Below, in pieces: positions 1 to 11,200 of a DNA stretch of 64,000 nucleotides. The position numbers and the translations under genes were made by a program. The number at the start of each line of letters is the position of its first letter. Position 1 is the first letter of the stretch. The DNA is from Microcoleus sp. (GTDB lineage: Bacteria; Cyanobacteriota; Cyanobacteriia; Cyanobacteriales; Microcoleaceae), in the NCBI GenBank assembly GCA_042408215.1, contig JAYFMW010000006.1:256001-320000 (forward strand), given 5' to 3'. The notes beneath the pieces are model-generated. The model was not told where the DNA came from. It saw only the letters and a program-made list of their open reading frames with translations, and ran no database searches.

Positions 1-1
1 T

Positions 2-3000
2 CTCGTCGAAGACAATCGGGACGAAGCGGAGCTGATTGAAGAATTATTATTAGAAACTAATGTGGGCCGACAGGTGTCTCAAAGGTTGTCAGTAAGCTCT
101 ACAGATCGTCTCAGCAAAGCGCAGCAGCTTTTACTAACAGAAAAATTTGATGTCATTTTACTAGACCTTTCCCTACCCGACAGCCAAGACTTAACTACAA
201 TTGTAAAAATTCAAGAATACAGCGTAAATACTCCGATCGTTGTACTCACGGCCCGCAACGATGAAGAACTAGCCCTGCAATCAATCCAAACAGGAGCTCA
301 AGATTATCTAGTCAAAAGAAAAATCGACAGCGAACTGTTAATGCGCTCCATGCGCTACGCAATTGAGCGACAGCACAATCAAGAAGCTTTGCGAAAAAGT
401 GAAGAAAAATATCGCTCGGTAGTCGAGAATTCCCTAGTCGGAATCGCCATTATTGCCCCTCCTCCTTCCCCGTCAGAAATCCAGAAATTCGGCTGGCTAG
501 AAGTCAACGATGCTTTGTGCGATTTGCTGGGATACGAGCGCGAAGAACTGTTGCAGGAGAATTGGGAGCAATTGAGTTTTCCTGAAGACTGGCCAGCCAG
601 TTTAGATGAGTTAAATAAACTTTTAGCAGGTACTGGCGACAGCTACGTTTTAGACAAAAGGTGGCGCAAAAAAGACGGAGAAATAGTTTATACTAGAGTT
701 TCGGTGCGCTGCATCCGCCGCCCGGACGGAGCGATCGACCGGATGATTAAAGTCGTCTTGGATGTGAGCGATCGCTACCGCTACGAACTCCAATTAAAAA
801 CATCAGAAGAGTTTTTAAAGCACACGATTAATGCTACTCCCGACCCAATTTTTGTCAAAGATGAGCGACACCGCTGGGTTGTATTAAATGACGCTTTCTG
901 CGAGTTGATGGGAAAACCGCGACCAGAACTTATAGGCAAGTCTGGATACGACTTTTTACCCCAAGAAAAAGCAACATTGTTTTTCCAAAAAGACGAAGAG
1001 GTATTGAGAACTGGCATCCCTGATGAAACAGAAGAACAATTTACAGACAGCGCCGGCAAAGAACGCATCATCTCGACTAAAAAAAGCGTATTTAAAACAA
1101 ATGACAGCAGTAAAATGTTAGTCGGCACAATTCGAGATGTCACCGAGTACAAAGGCCAACAAGCAGCTTTGGAACAGAGCGAAGCTAGGTTTCAAAAAAT
1201 GGTAGCCAACGTGCCGGGAATGATTTATCAATTCCGCGTCGAGGCGGGCGGGAGAAAGTATTTTACCTACGTTTCTTATGGCTGCAAGAACCTTTACCAA
1301 TTAGAACCGCAAGAAATAGAAAACAAGAGAGATTTGGCTTGTGAAACAATTCATCCAGATGAGCTCACAGGCTTTGAACAATCGATCGAAATTTCAGCAA
1401 CGACTCTGGAACCTTGGCAACACCAGTGGCGGCAAATTATCCACGGCCAAGTGAAGTGGCTGCAAGGCGCAGCGAAACCGGAAAAGCAAGCCAATGGCGA
1501 TCTAGTTTGGGATGGTTTGGTGATGGATGTTACCGAATTAAAACAAACTCAGCAAGAGCGCGATCGCTTTTTTAGCATTTCGCTAGATTTGCTTTGTATT
1601 GCAGGTTTTGACGGCTATTTCAAACGCTTAAACCCCGCTTGGCAAACTGCATTAGGTTACAGCACAGCCGAACTTCTAGGGAAACCTTTTATAGAATTTG
1701 TGCATCCAGAAGACCGAGAAATAATCATAGCTGAATTGGAAACACTCAAAGGTGGCAACCCCGTTATCAACTTAGAAAACCGCTATCTTTGCCAAGATGG
1801 TACTTATAAATGGCTGTCGTGGACGGCATCGCCATTTGCTGAAGAAGGTTTAATTTATGCAGTTGTCCGCGACGTGACATTAAACAAGCAAGCAGAAACA
1901 GAATTGCGACACAGCGAAGCCACCAACCGCGCTCTTTTAAACGCCATACCAGACATGATGTTTCGATGTCGCGCTGACGGCACTTTTGTAGACTTCAAAC
2001 CCGCAAAAGACCTCCGTACTATCATACCGGAAAATATATTTTTAGGGAAAAAAGTACAAGACATTTTGCCGTCTGCTTTTGCTGAAAAAATCGTATCTGG
2101 CAACAAACAAGCGATCGACAACGGTGAGATTCAAATCGTAGAATATCTCATGTCAGTTAATGGTGAACTGTACGATTTTGAAGCGAGAATTGTGTTTTGT
2201 ACGGATGAGGAAATTATCGCGATCGTCCGCAATATCACTGAGCGGAAACGCTCCGAGTCAGCAATCCAGCGACAAGCAGCAGCAATGGCCGCCGCTTCCG
2301 AGGGCATCGGCATCGTCAATGCTGACGGAGAGATGATTTATTGCAACGCAGCTAAACTCAAAATGTACGGTTACGACTCTCCCGAAGAATTGTTAGGCAA
2401 AAGTTGGAAAATATTCTACGAAGGTGCAGAACTGCAAAAGTTCGAGCAAGAAGTCATGCCGGCTTTAGTGCAGAAAGGTTGTTACAGCACCGAAGCTGTA
2501 GGATGCCGCCGCGACGGCTCAAAATTTCCTCAAGAACTCTCGCTGACAATGCTTGCAGGTGGCGAAGTTATTTCTATTGTTCGCGATATTTCTGCTAGAA
2601 AAAAAGCCGAACTAGAGCTGCAAGATAGTCAGCGGTTCGCCGAAATAATTGCTGAGGCTAGTCCTAATATTTTGTATGTTTACGACTTGAGAGAACACAA
2701 AGTTATTTATGCTAATGCTTCTATAGTTCACATTCTCGGCTATACAGTAGAAGAGATTCAGGCAATGGGGGTGGAGATGGTTTCAACTTTAATGCACCCC
2801 GAAGATTTAATAAAAATGCCCAATTATTTACAGCAAGTAGAAACTGGTGGCAAAGGCGATATCTTTGAAATTGAATACAGAATGCAGCATAAGGATGGTT
2901 CTTGGCGCTGGATTGTCAGCCGAGATACTGTATTTATGAAAACAGCATCAGGTCAATTAAAACAAATTCTCGGTACGGGAACTGACATTACTGAACGCAA

Positions 3001-6000
3001 GCAAACAGAAGATGAAATTAAGTTGTTGCTAGCAGCAACTCAAGCCATTAGTCAGTCGGCAGATTTCGATCGCGCTCTCGCCAATATTTTGCGGTTGCTG
3101 TGCAATGCGATCGGCTGGAATTTTGCCGAAGCTTGGATACCCGCGGAGGACGGTACTGTTTTGGAATACAGCCAAAGTTGGTACGCTAGCGACCAGAATT
3201 TAGAGGCCTTCGGACGCGAAAGCAATAAGTTTGTATTTGCACGGGGAGTCGGAGTGCCTGGGCGAATTTGGCTGACTAAACAAATGGAGTGGAGAGAAGA
3301 TATATCGAATTGCGTAAATCCCGTTTTCTCGCGATCGCAAATCGCAGCAAAAAGTGGATTGAAAGCTTGTTTCGGAATACCAATTCGCGCTGAGGGAGAA
3401 GTGCTGGCAGTTTTAGTATTTTACCAGCGCCGCCCATCGACTCTAGAGAGCCGTATAGTAGAGTTAGTACAGGCAGTCGCGACTCAGTTGGGTTCTCATA
3501 TTCAGCGCAAACAAGCAGAAGAAAAATTGCGAAAAAGCGAAGAACGTTGGCAGTTAGTTCTTAAGGGAAATCAAGACGGAATTTGGGACTTGAACCTCAA
3601 AACAAATGAAGTTTTTCGCTCGGCTCGCTGGAAAGAAATCATCGGTTACGCAGACAGTGAAATTGATGCTCTTCAAAGCGAATGGACTGAGCAAATTCAC
3701 CCCGAAGATGCCTCGCGAGTCCAAGCTGCTATCCAAGATTACCTCGATCGCCAAACCCCGAATTACGCCGCCGAATATCGCCTGCTGTGCAAAGACGGCA
3801 GCTACAAGTGGGTACTCGCCCGGGCTCAAGCAGTGTGGGATGCCGGAAAACCCCTGCGGATGGTGGGTTCCCTGACTGATATCAGCGATCGCAAACAAGC
3901 AGAATTAGAGCTGTTGCAAGTCACTCAAGCCGTCGAAAGTACCAGCGACGCGATCGTGATTACCGACTTGAAAGGACGCTCTATTTACCACAACCAAGCC
4001 TTCATTCAGCGGTACGGCTACACAGTTGAAGAACTCAACCTTACCAATGCGGCCGAGGCGATGTACGTCCAACCTCAAATTTACAAACAGATCTATAAAA
4101 CCATTCGCAGCGGCTTGTCATGGAGCGACGAAATTGAACTGAAAACTCTGAACGGTGAAGCAGTAACAACTCTGGTTCGAGCCGACAAGATTCAAGATGA
4201 GAATGGCAAGTTTAGCGGTTCAGTTGGAGTAATTACTGATATCAGCGAACGCAAAAAAGTCGAAGAAACTTTGCGCCAGCAATTAAAACGGGAGCAACTA
4301 GCAGTAGCCATGCTCGAACGCATTCGCTCTTCTTTAAATTTAGCAGAAATTTTGACCAAAGCAGTCGAAGAAGTGCGGCATTTTTTGCAAGTAGACCGCA
4401 CTGTTATTTACCAATTTAGTCCTAATTGGAGCGGGTTTATAGCTGTCGAGTCGGTGGACGAAAATTGCATGGCACTTGCGGGCATGGAAATTTACGACCC
4501 CTGTTTTGGCGAAGCCTACGTTTCCCTGTACAGAGACGGCAGAATTATAGCTACAGATGATGTTTACAATGCTGGCCTCGCCGACTGCCACTTGAATCTG
4601 TTAACTCAGCTTCAGGTAAGAGCTAATCTGGTAGTACCGATTTTGCAAGGCGAAAACTTGTGGGGGTTGTTAATTGCCCACCACTGCACGGGCCCCCGGA
4701 ACTGGCAGCAATTTGAGGTCGAGTGTCTGAAGCAATTGGGCGTGCAGTTGGCGATCGCGATCCAACAATCTACTTTGTTTCAAAAGGCGCAAACTGAAAT
4801 TGCCGATCGCAAACAAGCAGAAGCCGCCCTGCAATTAGCTAAAGAATCCGCCGAAGCTGCCAACCGCGCTAAAAGTGACTTTCTCGCCAACATGAGTCAC
4901 GAACTTCGGACACCTTTGAACGGCATTTTAGGATACATTCAACTACTCAAACCGGATAAAAATTTAACTGCGGAGCAACAGGAGAGCCTGATTAACGTTC
5001 AACATTGTGGCGAACACCTGCTGATGCTAATTAATGACGTTTTAGATCTAGCGAAAATAGAAGCTAGTAAAATGGAAATCTCCCCGACTGATGTGAATTT
5101 TCCTAACTTGATTAAAAGTATTGCTGACTTGTTTCAGATGCGAGCGGATCAAAAAGGAATTGCCTTTAATTTCGAGCAGTTATCCCCGCTGCCAGACTGC
5201 GTTTTAGCTGACGAAAAAAGGCTGCGACAAGTTTTGATTAATTTGCTGAGCAATGCGGTGAAGTTTACTAAGCTCGGTGGAGTGAAATTCCAAGTTGGTT
5301 ATGTGGAGAATGCCACGGAAAATTCAACTCAAATAAACGCAATTAATTCTAATATAAGAGCGGAGGTTAGCGCTCAGAAAGTAAACTCGACGGGGAATAT
5401 AGAACCGGAGAAAGAGTCGAAACCACCGCGAAAAACCAGAAAAGTGCGATCGAGCCTCACAGCAGCAAATTCGGCCGCCTCCCCCGCCACTAAAATTCGC
5501 TTTCAAATTGAAGATACGGGTATTGGCATCCAACAGAACAAATTAGAAGAAATATTTTTGCCATTTCATCAAGTGGGCGATCGTCACAATTTTGTTGAAG
5601 GTACCGGATTGGGACTTTCCATCAGCCAAAAAATAGTTACCCTGATGGGCAGCCAAATTCGCGTCCAAAGTACCTTGGGCAAAGGCAGCATTTTTTGGTT
5701 GGATCTAGACTTGCCCGCAGTCGCCCAGTGTTCTGAAGTCCCCTCAGCGCCTGAAAAACGCCGACTTGTCGGTTTTGTCGGTAGCCAGCGCAAACTGCTA
5801 TTAGTAGACGACAATGAAGTAAATCGCGCCATGCTGCACAGGATGCTTTCTCGTTTGGGCTTTGAAATAGCACAAGCCACAGACGGCGAAGACTGCTTGC
5901 ACAAAGCACTGGAATTTCAACCGGATCTAATTTTAATGGACTTACTGATGCCCGTAATGGACGGCTGGGAAGCTACCAGGCGGCTGCGGCAGTTGCCGAA

Positions 6001-6445
6001 ATTCAAAGATACAGTTGTTCTTGCTCTATCCGCTAGCGTTTACGAGACTACCAGACAAGAGAGTATACTTGCAGGTTGCGATAATTTTCTCACCAAACCT
6101 ATTGAAACTAACGAGCTTTTAGAATTGTTGCGCGTACATTTGGCACTAGAATGGATTTACGAAGACGGATCGTCCGGCAAAAAACGGAAAGCTCAAACCC
6201 CAAAAACAGCATCAGACTTGGCTGCTGCTGACGGGGCGATCGTGTCTCCAGCCTCGGAGTCAGTCTTGGCATTGTTAAGATTGTCTGCAATGGGCGATAT
6301 TGAAGCTATTCTGGAGGAAATTACTAAACTTGAAAATTCTGACCCCAAATTAGTTCCTTTCGTTCACCACTTGCGCCAACTTGCTAAAGGATTTCAGCTT
6401 AAGCAAATTCGAGATTTTCTGAAGCAACATTTGTCGGATAATTAA
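2..6445 (+). CDS. Hybrid sensor histidine kinase, 5'-truncated by window edge: REC, many PAS/PAC, GAF, PAS, cyanobacteriochrome GAF (DXCF), HisKA, HATPase, REC
   Basis: Frame is open from base 2 (LVEDNRDEAELIEE..., a REC N-terminus). Repeated PAS signatures (HPED, DITERKQ), GAF with DPCF and CH, H-box MSHELRTPLN, NAVKF/DTGIG/GTGLGL boxes, C-terminal REC (LILMDLLMP). Confidence 0.93.
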   Translation, partial: LVEDNRDEAELIEELLLETNVGRQVSQRLSVSSTDRLSKAQQLLLTEKFDVILLDLSLPDSQDLTTIVKIQEYSVNTPIVVLTARNDEELALQSIQTGAQDYLVKRKIDSELLMRSMRYAIERQHNQEALRKSEEKYRSVVENSLVGIAIIAPPPSPSEIQKFGWLEVNDALCDLLGYEREELLQENWEQLSFPEDWPASLDELNKLLAGTGDSYVLDKRWRKKDGEIVYTRVSVRCIRRPDGAIDRMIKVVLDVSDRYRYELQLKTSEEFLKHTINATPDPIFVKDERHRWVVLNDAFCELMGKPRPELIGKSGYDFLPQEKATLFFQKDEEVLRTGIPDETEEQFTDSAGKERIISTKKSVFKTNDSSKMLVGTIRDVTEYKGQQAALEQSEARFQKMVANVPGMIYQFRVEAGGRKYFTYVSYGCKNLYQLEPQEIENKRDLACETIHPDELTGFEQSIEISATTLEPWQHQWRQIIHGQVKWLQGAAKPEKQANGDLVWDGLVMDVTELKQTQQERDRFFSISLDLLCIAGFDGYFKRLNPAWQTALGYSTAELLGKPFIEFVHPEDREIIIAELETLKGGNPVINLENRYLCQDGTYKWLSWTASPFAEEGLIYAVVRDVTLNKQAETELRHSEATNRALLNAIPDMMFRCRADGTFVDFKPAKDLRTIIPENIFLGKKVQDILPSAFAEKIVSGNKQAIDNGEIQIVEYLMSVNGELYDFEARIVFCTDEEIIAIVRNITERKRSESAIQRQAAAMAAASEGIGIVNADGEMIYCNAAKLKMYGYDSPEELLGKSWKIFYEGAELQKFEQEVMPALVQKGCYSTEAVGCRRDGSKFPQELSLTMLAGGEVISIVRDISARKKAELELQDSQRFAEIIAEASPNILYVYDLREHKVIYANASIVHILGYTVEEIQAMGVEMVSTLMHPEDLIKMPNYLQQVETGGKGDIFEIEYRMQHKDGSWRWIVSRDTVFMKTASGQLKQILGTGTDITERKQTEDEIKLLLAATQAISQSADFDRALANILRLLCNAIGWNFAEAWIPAEDGTVLEYSQSWYASDQNLEAFGRESNKFVFARGVGVPGRIWLTKQMEWREDISNCVNPVFSRSQIAAKSGLKACFGIPIRAEGEVLAVLVFYQRRPSTLESRIVELVQAVATQLGSHIQRKQAEEKLRKSEERWQLVLKGNQDGIWDLNLKTNEVFRSARWKEIIGYADSEIDALQSEWTEQIHPEDASRVQAAIQDYLDRQTPNYAAEYRLLCKDGSYKWVLARAQAVWDAGKPLRMVGSLTDISDRKQAELELLQVTQAVESTSDAIVITDLKGRSIYHNQAFIQRYGYTVEELNLTNAAEAMYVQPQIYKQIYKTIRSGLSWSDEIELKTLNGEAVTTLVRADKIQDENGKFSGSVGVITDISERKKVEETLRQQLKREQLAVAMLERIRSSLNLAEILTKAVEEVRHFLQVDRTVIYQFSPNWSGFIAVESVDENCMALAGMEIYDPCFGEAYVSLYRDGRIIATDDVYNAGLADCHLNLLTQLQVRANLVVPILQGENLWGLLIAHHCTGPRNWQQFEVECLKQLGVQLAIAIQQSTLFQKAQTEIADRKQAEAALQLAKESAEAANRAKSDFLANMSHELRTPLNGILGYIQLLKPDKNLTAEQQESLINVQHCGEHLLMLINDVLDLAKIEASKMEISPTDVNFPNLIKSIADLFQMRADQKGIAFNFEQLSPLPDCVLADEKRLRQVLINLLSNAVKFTKLGGVKFQVGYVENATENSTQINAINSNIRAEVSAQKVNSTGNIEPEKESKPPRKTRKVRSSLTAANSAASPATKIRFQIEDTGIGIQQNKLEEIFLPFHQVGDRHNFVEGTGLGLSISQKIVTLMGSQIRVQSTLGKGSIFWLDLDLPAVAQCSEVPSAPEKRRLVGFVGSQRKLLLVDDNEVNRAMLHRMLSRLGFEIAQATDGEDCLHKALEFQPDLILMDLLMPVMDGWEATRRLRQLPKFKDTVVLALSASVYETTRQESILAGCDNFLTKPIETNELLELLRVHLALEWIYEDGSSGKKRKAQTPKTASDLAAADGAIVSPASESVLALLRLSAMGDIEAILEEITKLENSDPKLVPFVHHLRQLAKGFQLKQIRDFLKQHLSDN

Positions 6446-6530
6446 CTATCGCTAAGAAGTTGTAAGTTGACAGTTATGATTGTGACAAACAAATCAAAAT
6501 CATTGGACTGCGATTTCAACTCACAAGTCA

Positions 6531-6657
6531 TATCAAATCCGTTAGCATCGGAATAGTAAATTTGAGTTAACAGTTAACAGTCAACAGTTAACAGTTAACA
6601 GTTAACAGTCAACAGTCAACAATCAACAATCACCTGACGGTGCAACCGGAATTGATC
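6531..6657. mobile_element. MITE with TATCAAATCCG...CGGAATTGAT termini, carrying (GTTAACA)n heptamers
   Basis: Terminal inverted repeats, flanks TCA/TCG; homologous copies at 29597-29740 and 32150-32252. Confidence 0.7.
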
Positions 6658-6691
6658 TCGCAACTATCAAACTTGATTTATCTCCTTGATT

Positions 6692-7900
6692 ATGAACCCC
6701 AAAAATTCCGAAAGAAGCATCATACTAATTGTCGATGACAACCAGACAAATCTCGACGTACTTTTCGAGTTGTTGAGGAATTATGGGTTTAAAGTATTAG
6801 TGGCTCTCGACGGTGAAAGTGCGATCGAGCAAACTGAATATATCCACCCAGACCTGATTCTTTTGGACATCATGATGCCGGGAATTGACGGGTTTGAAAC
6901 TTGCCGTCGCTTGAAAGCAGACCCGCCAACCCGAGATATTCCCATCATATTTATGAGCGCCCTTTCCGATACAATTGATAAAGTAAAAGGCTTTCAGGCT
7001 GGAGCAGTTGACTACATTACCAAACCGTTTCAGCACGAAGAAGTATTGAGCCGAATTGAAACTCACTTGACTATCCGCAGCTTGCAAAAAAAACTGCAAG
7101 AGAAAAACGCAGAACTTGCCCACCTCAACCAAAACCTGGAAAGACTGATCGAACAAAAAACTAAGCAACTCATCGACCAGGAAAAAACAGCCATCATCGG
7201 TCGCTTGACCCAAGGAATGGTTCACAACCTAAAAAGTCCGCTGCAAGTGATCCAGACTAGCGTCGATTTGATTGAAACAAAAGCGACTAAAATTCAGGAA
7301 GACTCATTTTATAATTATACCAAGTATATTATTCAATCTGTCACAAAAATCAATCAGATTATGGATACTCTGATGATTAAAAGCAGAAAAGAGCAAAACC
7401 AAGATTTGCAGCTTGTTAATATTAACGATTTAGTGCAGCGAGAACTTCAGCTATTGGAAGGAAATTTGTATTTTAAAAATAAAATTAAGAAAAAATATGT
7501 TTTTGACGAGCAAATTGATAGCATTCCCTTACTGTATTCTTATATTTCTCAAGTATTTTACAATTTAATTAACAATGCGATGGATTCTATGTGGGAAAAA
7601 AAAACCAGGGAACTGACTATTGTTACTAGGCAAGATGAATCGAAAATATATATGGATCTTGCCGATACAGGCTGCGGAATAGCACCGGAAGATTTGTCAA
7701 AACTTTTTGACCCTTTCTACAGTTCAAAACCACCTAAAGGAGAGGAAAAAAAAGAGGGCGAACCCACTGGAACTGGACTGGGACTTTATACTTGCATTGA
7801 ACTTTTAAAACCTTTTAACGGCGAGATTGCAATTAGCAGCAATCTCGGCAAGGGCAGCGTGTTTACAGTTGTGCTACCAAAACAGCAGAAAGCTGGATGA
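6692..7900 (+). CDS. Response regulator-histidine kinase hybrid (REC, HisKA-like, HATPase)
   Basis: REC (ILIVDD, LILLDIMMP, YITKPF), H-box HNLKSP, NAMD, DTGCG, FDPFY, GTGLGL; ATG at 6692. Confidence 0.9.
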   Translation: MNPKNSERSIILIVDDNQTNLDVLFELLRNYGFKVLVALDGESAIEQTEYIHPDLILLDIMMPGIDGFETCRRLKADPPTRDIPIIFMSALSDTIDKVKGFQAGAVDYITKPFQHEEVLSRIETHLTIRSLQKKLQEKNAELAHLNQNLERLIEQKTKQLIDQEKTAIIGRLTQGMVHNLKSPLQVIQTSVDLIETKATKIQEDSFYNYTKYIIQSVTKINQIMDTLMIKSRKEQNQDLQLVNINDLVQRELQLLEGNLYFKNKIKKKYVFDEQIDSIPLLYSYISQVFYNLINNAMDSMWEKKTRELTIVTRQDESKIYMDLADTGCGIAPEDLSKLFDPFYSSKPPKGEEKKEGEPTGTGLGLYTCIELLKPFNGEIAISSNLGKGSVFTVVLPKQQKAG

Positions 7901-7967
7901 AATTGGCTAGAATGGCAAACTGCCAGGACTTATGCAAAGCCTCTATCTGTAGGGAGACGGCACTGCC

Positions 7968-8178
7968 CATTCGTGTCAACAACCAGGTTAAACTTATTAC
8001 CAGTCTCTGTCTTCCTTCTACGGTCTTCCCGATCCCCCCTAACCCCCCTTAATAAGGGGGGAACCGGAAAGGATCAAAGTCAACCCCTACTCCTCGACTA
8101 TCAGGGGGATTTAGGGGGATCTAGACTCAGGTAAAAGCGATATTTATCAAGGGTTTTAGTCTTAAGTTGACACCTATG
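7968..8178. mobile_element. MITE with CATT(G/C)GTGTCAAC...GTTGACACC(A/T)ATG termini and 9-bp target duplication GGCACTGCC
   Basis: Inverted termini; identical 9-mer on both sides (7959-7967, 8179-8187); homologs at 33320-33515 and 62234-62443 in the opposite orientation. Confidence 0.8.
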
Positions 8179-8215
8179 GGCACTGCCCTCTTATTTTTTA
8201 TTAAAAATTAGCAAA

Positions 8216-11200
8216 ATGATATCTGTTTTTGACCCAACTTTGACGCCTGGCTTGAAAGTTCTTTTAGTTGAAGACTGTGCAGAGGATGCGGAACTAATTC
8301 AAGAACTGCTGTTAGAAAGCAGACTGGGAAAATCTATTAATTTGACAAATGTTGTTCGCCTCAGCGCAGCTATAGAAATTTTAAGCAACGAGATTTTTGA
8401 CGTAATTTTGTTAGATATTTCCCTACCTGACTGCCAACAATTTAATCCTCTTTTCCGGCTGCAAGATTACGGTATAAATACTCCGATCGTCATTTTAACT
8501 GCCACCGATGACGAAGAACTAGCCGTCGAGTTAATTGCCGCAGGTGCCCAAGATTATCTGGTGAAAAGACAAGTAGACAGCCGGTTGTTGATGCGGACGA
8601 TCAGGTGCGCGATTGTCCGCCAAAAACGGCAAGCAGAATGGCAAGAAAATACAGACAAAGTTTTAGTCCAAGAACAATTGGAAGCTAGTAAAAATTTTTT
8701 GAATTATACGATAGATGCACTTGCCGATCCAATTTTTGTGAAAGACGAACAGCACCGCTGGATACTGGTAAATGATGCTTTTTGCAATTTGCTCGGTAAG
8801 CAGCGTCAGGAACTGCTAGGCAAGTCAGATTATGACTTTGTGCCAAAAGCAGAAGCTGATATTTTTTGGCAGAATGACGAACAGGTATTTAGGACAGGGG
8901 AACAAAACGAAAACGAGGAAATATTTACTGACACCTGTGGCGAAAAGCACATTTTGTCTACGAAAAAAACTGCATTTAATCATACCGATGGTAGTAAATT
9001 TTTAGTGGGTGTAATCCGAGATATTACTGAAGATAGGCGCAAACAATTAGCGCTGCAAAAAAGCGAAGCTAGACTGTCGCAATTAGAAGAAAGATGGCGA
9101 TCGCTTGTTAAAAATATCCCTGGTGCTATCTACCGTTGTCAGTACGATACTGATTGGAGGATCGAATTTATTAGCGATGAAATTGAGGCAATTAGTGGCT
9201 ACCCTGCTGGGGATTTTATCGGCAATCACCGCTTGAGTTTTGCTAACATTGTTCACTCCGAAGACACTGCAATGCTCGATCGCAAAGTTAGGGAAGCGGT
9301 AGAGTCCAGACAGCCTTACTATGTAGAATACCAGATTGTCCGTGCTGACGGCGCGGTGCGGTGGATGTCGGAAACAGGCCGACCAAGTTATGATTCAGCA
9401 GGGCGAGTTTTGTGGCTGGATGGAGCGATTTTTGATATTACCGATCGCAAACAAGCCGAACTGACTCTGCGCCTGGTGACTCAAGCTGTCGAAAGTGCTA
9501 GTGATGCGATCGCGATCGCAGATTTGGACGGCTATTCAATTTATCACAATCAAACATTTATTCAGCGCTATGGCTATACAGTTGAGGAACTAAATAACAG
9601 CGGCGGCCCAGCAGTAATGTACGCAAAATCTCAAGAGTTGAGGAAGTTATTTAGGGTGTTGCGGAAAGGCTTGCCCTGGAGTGGTGAAATCGAACTTAAA
9701 GATAAAAATGGCGAAATTATCGCAACCCAATTGCGGGCTGACTGCATTAAAGATAGCGATGGCAAACCAATAGGAATGATGGCGATCATTGCCGACCTCA
9801 CAGAACTAAAACGTGCCGAATCGGCATTGCGACTCTCTCAAGAACGATTGCAGTTGGCAGTATTGGGCAGCTCTTTGGGGCTGTGGGATTGGAGTATAGC
9901 TACTGGCGAAACTTATTTCGATTCGCAGTGGAAAGCAATGCTCGGCTATGCAGAAACTGAAATAGAAAATAATGTAAAAGCTTGGGAAAACCTGCTGCAT
10001 CCCGAAGACAGACTGAAGGTGATGTCAGTTTTACAAACTTATTTAGAAGGTCGCAACGATCTCTATGAAGTTGAATTTCGGATGCTCAACAAAACCGGAA
10101 ATTGGCAGTGGATTATGGCGCTGGGGAAGGTGGTAGAGTACGACGAATGGGGGGCACCGCTGCGGATGGCTGGTACTCATAAAGATATCAGCGGCCGCGT
10201 TGCAGCCGAAGCTGAAAAAACGCAATTAATCGCATCATTACAACAACTTGCTGCTCAGTTGCAAGAAGCGCAAAAAATTGCCCGCATTGGCAATTGGGAA
10301 TTCGATCTTGCCACAGGAATGATTAGTTGGTCGCAGGAAGTGTTTCGAGTTTACGGTCGAGAATTGGGCCTACCGCCGACGCCGGAGGAAATTGTAGAGC
10401 AAATTCATCCCGATGACAGAGAAAGGTTTACAGAAGTTCTGCAAAGGGCAATGAATGAAGGGACTGCTTGCGACATCGACCACCGTATCTGTTTTCCCCT
10501 CGGAGAAATCAGGTATGTCAATACTAAAGGACAGGCTCTTAATAATGAGTTAGGTGAGGTGGTGCGGCTATTTGGAACCGCAATGGATCTTACAGATCGA
10601 AAACTTGCAGAAATTGCTTTGCGAGAAAGCGAACAGCGATTTCGGGCTGTCTTTGAGCAAGCGGCAATTGGCATTGTTCAAGTCTGGCTAGACGGTCAAT
10701 TATTGAAGGTTAATCAAGGGTTTTGCAATATTGTTGGATACTCAGTAGCGGAACTGAGGTTGCGAACTGTTTCGGAGATTTCTCACCCGGAAGATTTAGA
10801 TTCGGAAATCGAGTCGGGGAGCAGAATGCTGGCTGGCGAAATTTTGAATTATTCCATTGAGAAACGCTTTCTTCGCAAAGATGGTTCATTTGTTTGGACA
10901 AATGTGACTGTATCTTTGGTGCGGGATGCGTTTGGGGAACCGAGTTACATAATTAGCGTTGTTGAAGATATTAGCGATCGCAAACTTGCAGAGGCAATCT
11001 TGCGGCAGCAATTAAAGCGAGAACGGCTGGTAGTAGCGATACTGGAACGTATTCGCTCCTCTCTTAATTTAGAAGAAATCTTAACAACAACTGTTGCAGA
11101 AGTGCGGCAGTTTTTGCAAACAGACCGGACAATTATTTATCGATTTAATCCCGATTGGAGCGGGGTTGTAGTTGTCGAGTCTGTCGGCGAAAATTGGATT